A stretch of DNA of 32,000 bases, taken from contig NZ_CP040098.1 of the NCBI RefSeq assembly GCF_005377625.1, positions 2,499,279 through 2,531,278 of the forward strand, in the 5' to 3' direction. The position numbers and the translations under genes are program-made. Positions 24,194 to 31,655 of the stretch are shown in pieces (position 1 is the stretch's first letter; each line of letters opens with the position of its first letter). Under the pieces are notes generated by a model that ran no database searches, was not told the origin of the DNA, and saw only the letters and a list, made by a program, of their open reading frames with translations. The DNA is from Desulfoglaeba alkanexedens ALDC. Its GTDB lineage: Bacteria > Desulfobacterota > Syntrophobacteria > Syntrophobacterales > DSM-9756.

Positions 24194-24853
24194 TCACTTG
24201 CTTACCATGGGTTTGCCGCATTCGGGGCAGGACATCTGGGTGCACGGAATGCCCAGCTGATGTTCCACCTCCCTGCCGCAGGAGGGACACACGCAAAGCC
24301 CCGAGCGATTGGCGCCTTGACGGCCGGGGCCCGTCCCCGTTCGGCGACAACCTCCTCCCTGACCGCGTCCTCCTCCTTGACCACGTCCTCCCCCTCCGCC
24401 TCCGCCTTGACCGCGTCCTCCGCCTTGACCACGTCCTCCGCCTTGACCTGGCATGACCGCTCCTTTCTGAGCGCCGAGCGCCCTCTGCCCCGACTCCCAA
24501 CAGGCCCGGTACCGGCGAAATCCCCGGCATCCCGGCAGTTGAAAGCGGGGTTGATCCAAATGTCCCCGCCGGTAGGCTTGCAGCACCTCGTCTACATCCC
24601 CAGCAACGCCGAAGACGACCGTGAGACCCAGGCCTTCCGCGTAATGGAGAAGATCCGGGCTGAGGCTCCCGCAGATGAGCTTGGTGACGCCGCGGTCCCG
24701 CAGCTGCCGAACCCGCTGAAACGGATCCGAGGAGTTCATCAACAATTCTTGGGGCGGGGCGCTGGTTTCAGTGCCGTCCGTGACCAGCAGGAGGCGTGAA
24801 CACCAATTGAGAACCGGAGCCACGCGACCGCGCAAAACGGGTATCGCCAGCAT
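24194..24853 (-). CDS. NifB/NifX-like domain fused in frame to a Gly/Arg-rich repeat and a C-terminal Cys-rich zinc ribbon (DUF5320-like tail)
   Basis: Start ATG 24853 ([14 protein letters not shown]; GAAGGAGGTG SD). The N-domain ...[40 protein letters not shown] is NifX-like. It is followed by (RGQGGG)n and then [30 protein letters not shown]. Confidence 0.75.
   Translation of the reverse strand: MLAIPVLRGRVAPVLNWCSRLLLVTDGTETSAPPQELLMNSSDPFQRVRQLRDRGVTKLICGSLSPDLLHYAEGLGLTVVFGVAGDVDEVLQAYRRGHLDQPRFQLPGCRGFRRYRACWESGQRALGAQKGAVMPGQGGGRGQGGGRGQGGGGGGGRGQGGGRGQGGGCRRTGTGPGRQGANRSGLCVCPSCGREVEHQLGIPCTQMSCPECGKPMVSK
24351..24451 (-). repeat. 18-bp tandem coding repeat (five units, one expanded) encoding RGQGGG
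   Basis: The plus-strand unit is CCTCC(G/T)CC(T/C)TGACC(G/A)CGT. Units lie at 24351-24368, 24369-24386, 24387-24416 (expanded), 24417-24434 and 24435-24451. Confidence 0.85.
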
Positions 24854-24922
24854 GCGGCCACCTCCTTCCCCCGGCGCATGGGATTGGAAAAGCCTCGATC
24901 GTCGTTGTCGAGACCTCATGGG

Positions 24923-24937
24923 GCACATATCGTGCCA
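24923..24937 (-). promoter_or_regulatory. Sigma-54 -24/-12 promoter upstream of the nifX-like/minD-fer4 unit
   Basis: The reverse complement reads tTGGCACgatatGTGCc. The -24 element is perfect and the -12 is GTGC (GC conserved, one mismatch to TTGC). It lies 70-84 nt upstream of ATG 24853. Confidence 0.62.
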
Positions 24938-25012
24938 AACGGGGGGTGCAGGGGAAGCACGGCGGCTTGGAGGCGCCCTCGGCGAATTTTCCCGGTCGTG
25001 GCGGCGGGAGAC

Positions 25013-25029
25013 GGGTGCTAAACGCACCC
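25013..25029. promoter_or_regulatory. Putative enhancer (UAS) palindrome GGGTGC-N5-GCACCC (second copy)
   Basis: GGGTGCtaaacGCACCC(gg) begins 76 nt upstream of the -24 element at 24932-24937. It matches the 20500-20516 site in both half-sites, in the spacer length and in the trailing GG. Confidence 0.55.
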
Positions 25030-25078
25030 GGTCATTCCCGCCGGCGGGTGTTTCATGTTTCCCGAACCGTCGGTCCGG

Positions 25079-25267
25079 TCATTTTTCGCTTTTGAAACTT
25101 TCTTGGAAAACCTGCGGATCGATGTTTCCCGAATCCGGCCCGCCGCATTCCGGAATGTAACAGGTAACGTCCACGAATTCGCATTTTTCCTTGCAGGACG
25201 GGCAGACGTTCGGCGGGTTCGGCATCTCCACCGTGCTACCACAATGGTTGCATTTCCAAACCGGCAT
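25079..25267 (-). CDS. Small rubredoxin-like / zinc-ribbon protein
   Basis: 62 aa: MPVWKCNHCGSTVEMPNPPNVCPSCKEKCEFVDVTCYIPECGG, with CxxC...CxxC knuckles plus extra Cys. A strong AAGGAGGA SD precedes ATG 25267. Confidence 0.75.
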   Translation of the reverse strand: MPVWKCNHCGSTVEMPNPPNVCPSCKEKCEFVDVTCYIPECGGPDSGNIDPQVFQESFKSEK

Positions 25268-25413
25268 GGGGTCCTCCTTTGAATGGGTTGGCGGTTAAAA
25301 TCATTATAAACCAAACGAGACGGGTCGCTTTCTTTCTTTTCATCGTCGTCCGGCTGGATTATTTTGGTCGCCGCTTCACGCTCCTTCTTCAACCGCGCAA
25401 GGAGACGCGCATC

Positions 25414-26127
25414 ATGGTCGGTACCATGATCAACGTGGCTTCGGTGGTGACAGGTGGTGCCTTGGGTTGCGCCATCGGGGCGCGGTTACCCGAAAACATG
25501 CAGGTGACGGTGGTCCAGGGGCTGGGGCTGGTCACCATGCTCATCGGCATTCAGGCGGCCCTGGAGACGCAAAATGTGCTCATCCTGCTCGCGTCCATCC
25601 TGACGGGAGCCGTTTTGGGCGAAGCCCTATGCCTTCAAGGCGTTCTGGACGCGTTGGGAAATCGCTTCCAGGCGGCTTTTTCCAAGAGCGCCGGCACGAG
25701 CCCGGCCGAGGGCTTCATAACGGCCAGTCTGGTGTTTTGCGTGGGCCCCATGGCGATCCTGGGATCCATCCAGGACGGACTCAAGGGGGACTTCAAGCTG
25801 CTCGCCATCAAGTCCATGCTGGACGGTTTCGCGTCCATTGCCTTTTCCGCCAGTTTGGGCTGGGGGGTGATCTTTTCCGCGGTGAGTGTTTTAGTCTACC
25901 AGGGAGCGATCACGATGGCGGCGGGGGCGTTGGACGAGGTGCTTTCTGAAGGGATGGTGACCGAAATGAGCGCTGCGGGCGGGCTGATCATCGTCGCCAT
26001 CGGACTGAAACTGCTGCGAGTGAAAGACATACGGATCGCCAATTTCCTGCCGGCGCTGGTCATCGCCCCGCTGGTGGTGGCGTTCCTTCCCACGTTGAAG
26101 ACCTGGTGGGCGGTGATTTGGGGTTGA
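25414..26127 (+). CDS. DUF554-family integral membrane protein
   Basis: Start ATG 25414 (AAGGAGA SD), since the track start at 25279 is a TTG in AT-rich promoter DNA. It encodes a 237-aa Gly/Ala/Leu-rich multi-TM protein (MVGTMINVASVVTGGALGCAIG...). The family assignment is from memory of DUF554 (YdfK/YqgA-like) proteins. Confidence 0.8.
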   Translation: MVGTMINVASVVTGGALGCAIGARLPENMQVTVVQGLGLVTMLIGIQAALETQNVLILLASILTGAVLGEALCLQGVLDALGNRFQAAFSKSAGTSPAEGFITASLVFCVGPMAILGSIQDGLKGDFKLLAIKSMLDGFASIAFSASLGWGVIFSAVSVLVYQGAITMAAGALDEVLSEGMVTEMSAAGGLIIVAIGLKLLRVKDIRIANFLPALVIAPLVVAFLPTLKTWWAVIWG

Positions 26128-26196
26128 GGATTTCTCAGCGCCGCCCTGTCCACTCCAAACGCGCACCAGCTCAACCGATTCGGGAGACATGGCCCC

Positions 26197-27705
26197 ATGA
26201 GACTGGAACAGTTCCCTCAGAACGTGCGCGAACACATCCTGCCGCAACCGGCGGGGACTTACCGCTACCGGTGCTACACGTGCCAGGCCGAATACGGTAT
26301 CGAGACCCTCCTCTACACCTGTCCGGAATGCCGCGGCGTGCTCATGATCCGTGACGTGGAATGGGAGCGGCTCAAGCAGGTTCCCGGTCCCAAGTGGCGC
26401 GAAATCTTCGACTACCGGAGCATGGTGACGGAACCGGCGCTTCGGGGCATTTATCGGTTCCACGAGTTGCTGGGTTCCATCCTGCCGCTGGACGCCGTCG
26501 TCTACCTGGGCGAGGGGCATACGCCCCTGGTCCGGGCCAACGCGAGGCTCCGTGACTGGGCGGGCATGCCGTTCGCCTTCAAAAACGACGGTCAGAACCC
26601 CAGCGCGTCCTTCAAGGATCGGGGCATGGCCAGTGCCTTCAGTTACCTCAACCACCTGATCCGATCCCGGCGGCTGGAAAAAGTCCTGGCGGTGTGCGCG
26701 TCCACGGGGGACACCTCCGCGGCTGCGGCGCTCTATGCGTCTTACCTGGTCGACGGGGTCACCTCGGCCGTGCTGCTGCCTCACGGCAAAGTGACCCCTC
26801 AGCAGCTGAGCCAACCCCTGGGAAGCGGGGCGCGGGTCATCGAAATTCCGGGGGTTTTCGACGACTGCATGAAGATCGTCGAGCACCTGGCCGACCGCTA
26901 TCCGGTGGCGCTCATGAATTCCAAGAACGCCTGGCGGATCCTGGGGCAGGAATCGTACAGCTACGAAATCGCCCAGGCCTGCGACTACGATGTGGGGCAC
27001 CTGGTCGTGGTGGTTCCCATCGGGAACGCGGGAAACATCACGGCGGTCCTCGAAGGCTTTTTGAAACTCCTGGATCTGGAGATCATCACGGCGCTTCCCA
27101 CCATCTTGGGGGTCCAGTCGGAACACGCCAACCCCGTTTACCTCTACTATCTGGAATCCGACCCGGCGCGGCGCACCTTCCGGCCGGTGACGGTGCGACC
27201 CAGCGTGGCGCAGGCGGCCATGATCGGAAACCCGGTGTCCATGCCCCGGGTGATCCGGCTGGTGGAACGGTACCGAGCCGTCGCCGGCGAACGGAGCGTT
27301 CAGGTGACGGAAGTGACCGAACAGGAAATCATGGACGCTATGCTCATAGCCAACCGAAACGGCCACATCGCCTGCACCCAGGGCGGGGAATGTCTGGCGG
27401 GGCTCAAGCGGGCCTTGCACGAAGGGCTGATTTCCGGCGACCGGGAAGCGGTGCTGGACGCCACGGCGCACGCACTCAAGTTCGCCGTTTTCCAGGAGAA
27501 GTATTTCGAAGATCGGTTCGAGCCCGATTTCGAGGTAACGCCCAGGGCCGAGCTGCGAAATGCGCCGATGCTGGTTCGGCCGCCGGAAGGGGTGGCTGAG
27601 CCGGTCCCTGGCCGTTCCATGGATCCCGATGCGTTTCGGCGATTCGTGGAGAGCACCGCCGCGGAAATCGCCGAACGGTTGAACCTGAAGGAAGTTCGGG
27701 GTTGA
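26197..27705 (+). CDS. thrC: Threonine-synthase-family PLP enzyme with N-terminal zinc ribbon
   Basis: 502 aa with a zinc ribbon (YRCYTCQ...YTCPECRG), the PLP-lysine motif NPSASFKDRGMA, and a PIGNAGNITA loop. The exact reaction (threonine synthase versus a related activity) cannot be told from sequence alone. Confidence 0.8.
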   Translation: MRLEQFPQNVREHILPQPAGTYRYRCYTCQAEYGIETLLYTCPECRGVLMIRDVEWERLKQVPGPKWREIFDYRSMVTEPALRGIYRFHELLGSILPLDAVVYLGEGHTPLVRANARLRDWAGMPFAFKNDGQNPSASFKDRGMASAFSYLNHLIRSRRLEKVLAVCASTGDTSAAAALYASYLVDGVTSAVLLPHGKVTPQQLSQPLGSGARVIEIPGVFDDCMKIVEHLADRYPVALMNSKNAWRILGQESYSYEIAQACDYDVGHLVVVVPIGNAGNITAVLEGFLKLLDLEIITALPTILGVQSEHANPVYLYYLESDPARRTFRPVTVRPSVAQAAMIGNPVSMPRVIRLVERYRAVAGERSVQVTEVTEQEIMDAMLIANRNGHIACTQGGECLAGLKRALHEGLISGDREAVLDATAHALKFAVFQEKYFEDRFEPDFEVTPRAELRNAPMLVRPPEGVAEPVPGRSMDPDAFRRFVESTAAEIAERLNLKEVRG

Positions 27706-27772
27706 GAAGGCCATGAGCTGTTCGAAACATTCCGGTCTGCGTCGCGGAGTCGGCGGCGCGGGGGAGGAAGGC

Positions 27773-28330
27773 ATGAGTTCCATACTGCCCTACAAAGACG
27801 TGTGGCCCAAGCTGGGAGACGAGGTCTTCGTGGCGCCCGGGGCCTGGGTGATCGGCGACGTGGTCGTGGGCGATCGCTCCAGCATCTGGTTCAACACGGT
27901 GGTGCGGGGCGACGTGAACACCATCCGCATCGGCTGTGAAACCAATATCCAGGACAACGCCTCGCTTCACGTGACGGAAATCCGCTTCCCGCTCATCATC
28001 GGGGACCGGGTGACCGTGGGACACCGGGCCGTCGTGCACGGCTGTACCGTCGAGGACGAGTGCCTGATAGGCATGGGGGCCATTGTCCTGGATGGAGCCC
28101 GGATCGGCAAGGGATCCATCGTGGCTGCGGGGGCGGTGGTGAGTCCGGGGATGGAAGTACCGTCCGGATGCGTGGTGATGGGCGTTCCGGCGGCAGTGAA
28201 AAAAGACTTGAGCGAGGAAGAAACGGCGCAGCTCCGGGAATCGGCCCTTCATTACGTGAAGCTTGCCGCCCACTACCTTCACCCTCAAAAGTGGCGGGGA
28301 GAAAGAAGCATAAAGGGATTTATCGGCTGA
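27773..28330 (+). CDS. Gamma-class carbonic-anhydrase-family / hexapeptide-repeat (YrdA/PaaY-like) protein
   Basis: Start ATG 27773 (GGAGGAAGG SD), 185 aa. VFVAPGAWVIGDVVVGDRSSIWFNTVVRGDVNTIRIGCETNIQDNASLH...GHRAVVHGC is the left-handed beta-helix gamma-CA pattern. Confidence 0.88.
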   Translation: MSSILPYKDVWPKLGDEVFVAPGAWVIGDVVVGDRSSIWFNTVVRGDVNTIRIGCETNIQDNASLHVTEIRFPLIIGDRVTVGHRAVVHGCTVEDECLIGMGAIVLDGARIGKGSIVAAGAVVSPGMEVPSGCVVMGVPAAVKKDLSEEETAQLRESALHYVKLAAHYLHPQKWRGERSIKGFIG

Positions 28331-28337
28331 GGGCGGC

Positions 28338-28592
28338 CGGGTAGGGCGACGAAGTTTTGCGAATCGCGGGCAAGCCCGCTCCTACCGAAAAAGGTAAACC
28401 CGGGCGGCCCCTCTCCGCTTTGTTCCCAAGCTCCAGCTTGGGAACACAAGCGTGCAGAAGCTCCAGCTTCGATATTCACCGCATCGCGATCAGCGTTGAT
28501 CTATCGAAGACCATGCAATCGTTGAAATCCTTTGCAGCGAGGCGAAGCTGGAGCTTCGCGGGCAGGGCGTTCCCAAGCCAGAGCTTGGGAAC
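28338..28592. repeat. REP/MITE-like array (type-B right arm, two type-A palindromes)
   Basis: ...TCGCGGGCAAGCCCGCTCCTAC. Type-A copies at 28422-28445 and 28569-28592. GAAGCTCCAGCTTC at 28457-28470 and GAAGCTGGAGCTTC near 28545-28558. Confidence 0.85.
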
Positions 28593-28781
28593 GAGGGGAA
28601 AAGCGCCCCGATTGCGAAGCAGGACGGGATATGGTATGCGTGCTCGCAATGGATCAGGGGTTTCGGCCGGGGATTCGTTCTGCAATGGTTGAGCGGATGG
28701 ATACGGCGGGAATTCGTGGAAATCTATCCCGGTCCTCCGGATCGATGAGTTGCAGAGGCACGACGGGAAGAAGGGAAGCAG

Positions 28782-29195
28782 GTGATGCGGGAAAGGGATT
28801 GGGAGCCGTTGAAGTCCGAATGGAAGGCTTCGCTTGAAGCGGTCTGGAGGGCGGTGCCCAAGGCTTACCGGAACGAACGTTCCATGAAGCGGACGCTGCA
28901 GTGCCATCTTTTCGGGCAGTTGAAGGCGATGGGGTTGCAGGTGGTGGCGGACTATTATCCTCCCCGGATCGCTGATCATCCGGTGGACCTCCTGGCCTTG
29001 AACGATGCGGAAGAAATCGTCTATGCCGTCTGCTTCGACAGCCTTGTGAGCCTTTATGCGGTCAAGGGCCTCTCGAGCTTCGATGCCAGGCGCAAGGTCA
29101 TCTTCACCACCGGGCCGCTGGAAAAGAAGGTCGAAGAAAGCCGCTTTTTTTTGAAGCCCGGAATCGATCACGTGCATCTCAAACCGTTCGACTGA
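28782..29195 (+). CDS. Hypothetical protein (no family recognised)
   Basis: 137-aa ORF (GTG 28782, or ATG 28785). It has GC-rich third codon positions like neighbouring genes and a balanced composition. The overlapping 277-aa minus-strand ORF is Arg/Pro-rich and looks like an antisense shadow. Confidence 0.5.
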   Translation: MMRERDWEPLKSEWKASLEAVWRAVPKAYRNERSMKRTLQCHLFGQLKAMGLQVVADYYPPRIADHPVDLLALNDAEEIVYAVCFDSLVSLYAVKGLSSFDARRKVIFTTGPLEKKVEESRFFLKPGIDHVHLKPFD

Positions 29196-29755
29196 GCGGG
29201 GAGACCCTGCGGAGTGTCGGCACAAGGGGCCTTGTATATTTGATAACAATCCGGAATGAATGACAATTTCCCCTTGACTTCCAACAACGTGCCGTGTCAT
29301 AGGAGTCAACAGATCTTTCGATTTCGGGTGACTCGAAGGTGTGTTTCGACGAAGCCACAGAAAGGAGGTGATATCGCTGGGTTAGGTTGTCATTCAAGCG
29401 TTTTCCTCTTATGAGTCTCTGTAGAAATCCCCTTTCGGCGACCTCTGAAGTGACTGCTGGATCGGAATCTCGATCGAAGTAAGCTTCTTCATCCCTTTTC
29501 GCGCCGCTGTTCTCTCTGCGATGGTTTCGGATTTTGATCCGCTTAATTCGTAGCCGTTCGTGTCGTTTCATCGTCCTTTAATGGAAACTTTTGGGTGCAC
29601 TTTTTATTTTTACTTGAACGAATGACATCCCGTGGGCACTTGGAAGGCCGCCTAACCGGGCGAGCTCCTTGGTTTTCATGGAATCGCTGCAGGGTTCGGC
29701 ACCGGAAATGGGGCGGTGGAGGGGTTGCAACCAAACAGCATGGGAGGTTTGACAC

Positions 29756-31021
29756 ATGGCAAGTGCTCAGCAACCTTTGGAGAAGGTACCCGCCAAAGCG
29801 TGGCAGGTGGTGATTGCGGGTATCGTGGTCAACCTTTGCCTCGGTTGTCTTTACGCCTGGAGTGTGTGGGTCAAGTATCTCACCGATGAGGCCCTCATGA
29901 CGCAGCAGGGCTGGGTGCCGCTCACGGCCGAGCAGGCGTCCAACCCGGCGTCTCTGTGTATCCTCTTCTTTGCACTCCTCATGATTCCCGGCGGCCGCAT
30001 TCAGGATCGGTATGGTCCCAAGATCGCGGCCAGCATCGGCGGCCTCGGCATCGGGATCGGGCTTCTCATCGCCGGTGCCACGAAGAGCTACACCGGGGTT
30101 CTGATTGGGTATGGCATTTTCGGCGGCATCGGGATGGGTGTGGGCTATGCGGCGCCGACTCCCGCCGCTCTGAAATGGTTCGGTCCTCACAAACGCGGCT
30201 TCATCGCAGGGCTTGTGGTGGGCGGCTACGGTCTGGCCGCCTTCTACGTGGCTCCCCTGGCGGACTGGCTCATCACCAGCTATAGCATGAGCACGTCGTT
30301 TTACGTGCTGGGAGTCGGTTATCTGATCGTGATCCTGATTGCGGCCCAGTTCCTGGCCTGGCCTGAACCTGGCTATGTCCCGCCGCAGCCTCCGGCCACG
30401 GCGGTGAGCGCGGCCAAGGCGGCCGCACAGACCCGCCATGACTGGAGTGCGGGCGAGGTGCTCCGGACGTGGCAGTTATATGCGCTGGTGATCATGTTCT
30501 GCATCAACACCCAGGCGGGGCTCCTGCTGATCGGTCACGCGGCCAAGATGATCTCCGTCGTTATGGCGGCGGGCTATCTGCTGGTTTCCTGGGGTGCCGT
30601 CTTCAACTCGCTGGGCAGGGTCGGAACGGGAATCATCTCCGACAAGATCGGCCGTAGCAACACCCTCATCCTGAACTACATCGCAGCCGCCGTGATCATG
30701 TTCCTCTTGCCGTATCTCTTTTCCATCAAGAACATTCCGCTGCTCTTTTTGGCCTGCGCCATCGGTTTTTGGTGCTACGGCGGCGGCCTGACGCTGTTTC
30801 CGTCGTTTACCGCGGACTTTTTCGGCCCGAAGAACCTGGGAATCAACTACGGCCTGGTGTTCGTCGGCTGGGGTCTCGGTTCGTTCATGCCCAAGCTGGC
30901 CGGCCGGATTTACGACCGTTACCAGAGCTACGATTATGCATTCTATATTGCCGGCGTCCTCTTGATCATCGGTATCGTGATAGCGCTGGTGACCAAGAGA
31001 CCGCGGTACTCGACCGAGTGA
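29756..31021 (+). CDS. MFS transporter, oxalate/formate antiporter (OFA)-like family
   Basis: 421 aa with about 12 hydrophobic segments. The OFA-like N-terminus is WQVVIAGIVVNLCLGCLYAWSVW, with a GGRIQDRYGP loop motif. A GGGAGG SD lies 8 nt upstream. Confidence 0.88.
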   Translation: MASAQQPLEKVPAKAWQVVIAGIVVNLCLGCLYAWSVWVKYLTDEALMTQQGWVPLTAEQASNPASLCILFFALLMIPGGRIQDRYGPKIAASIGGLGIGIGLLIAGATKSYTGVLIGYGIFGGIGMGVGYAAPTPAALKWFGPHKRGFIAGLVVGGYGLAAFYVAPLADWLITSYSMSTSFYVLGVGYLIVILIAAQFLAWPEPGYVPPQPPATAVSAAKAAAQTRHDWSAGEVLRTWQLYALVIMFCINTQAGLLLIGHAAKMISVVMAAGYLLVSWGAVFNSLGRVGTGIISDKIGRSNTLILNYIAAAVIMFLLPYLFSIKNIPLLFLACAIGFWCYGGGLTLFPSFTADFFGPKNLGINYGLVFVGWGLGSFMPKLAGRIYDRYQSYDYAFYIAGVLLIIGIVIALVTKRPRYSTE

Positions 31022-31066
31022 TCTGAAACCGGCGCGGTTCGAAAGCGTAGAGACCGGGATCGGCAA

Positions 31067-31096
31067 AGGGGCGGGAGACAATCCGCCCCTTTTTTT
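31067..31096 (+). terminator. Rho-independent terminator after the MFS gene
   Basis: AGGGGCGG-gagacaat-CCGCCCCT followed by a T7 run, 45 nt after the stop codon. Confidence 0.82.
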
Positions 31097-31266
31097 CGTA
31101 CGGCTCGGCCTGAGAAGGCATTTTGTGGACGAAGCGTTGAGCACTGTGCCCGCTACGACCGTGCCGATAGTTTACTGCAGCGAACTGGAAATGGAGTATG
31201 TAGCGGGGTTTCGACGGAAGAGGAGCTTCTCCGAAAACTCAGATGGATGCAGATCTTTTGCTTCTT

Positions 31267-31612
31267 GTTCCCAAGCTCCAGCTTGGGAACACAACTGTGC
31301 AGAAGCTCCAGCTTCGGTGAGGCCGTTCCCAAGTCAGGCTTGGGAACGAGCGGAAACGAGGGGGAAGACCACTTCGAGATCCTGGCGAGCTCCCTAGAAA
31401 GACAGTGCGTTTCAGCTGTAGCAGGAGGGAAGCTGGAGCTTCCCGGGTAGGGCGTTCCCAAGCCAGAGCTTGGGAACGAGGGGAAGGAGCGACTCATGCC
31501 CTGTAGGAGCCGGCTTGCCGGCGATCCCGATCGCGGCGAGGGCGCCGCTCCCACAGATGGTTTACAACGCGGCGAAGGCGCCGCTCCCACGGGGATCTGG
31601 ATCGCGGCCTTT
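31267..31612. repeat. REP/MITE-like array (three type-A palindromes, type-B units)
   Basis: Type-A copies at 31267-31290, 31325-31347 and 31453-31476. GAAGCTCCAGCTTC at 31302-31315 and GGGAAGCTGGAGCTTCCC at 31427-31444. CCTGTAGGAGCCGGCTTGCCGGCGAT at 31499-31524, followed by two GGCG(A/C)GGGCGCCGCTCCCAC units. Confidence 0.85.
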
Positions 31613-31655
31613 GCCTTGCCGTGCCGAAGGCGCTCAAGCGGGCGGCGCCCGCCGT

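Noticed and set aside
25891-27783. 630-aa minus-strand ORF opposite the threonine-synthase-family gene
   Set aside because: Arg/Pro/Gly/His-rich translation with no recognisable motif. This is the typical antisense shadow ORF of GC-rich coding DNA, while the plus-strand gene has clear PLP-enzyme motifs.
29179-29571. 130-aa highly basic minus-strand ORF as a gene call
   Set aside because: It has atypical composition and overlaps the convergent hypothetical gene. The SD is only marginally spaced and no family motif is present. It is kept as a question in the findings, not as a feature.
29634-29648. Sigma-54-like element GGGCACttggaAGGC upstream of the MFS gene
   Set aside because: The GG-N10-GC spacing is right, but the -12 region lacks the TT of TTGC and the -24 lacks the leading T. 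It is too weak to call a promoter, so I mention it only in a finding.
3992-31476. Possibility that the recurring 24-bp palindromes form a CRISPR array
   Set aside because: Copies are dispersed over the whole window in small irregular groups and in both orientations, with conserved rather than unique flanking modules. Repeats are not regularly spaced and no cas genes are present.
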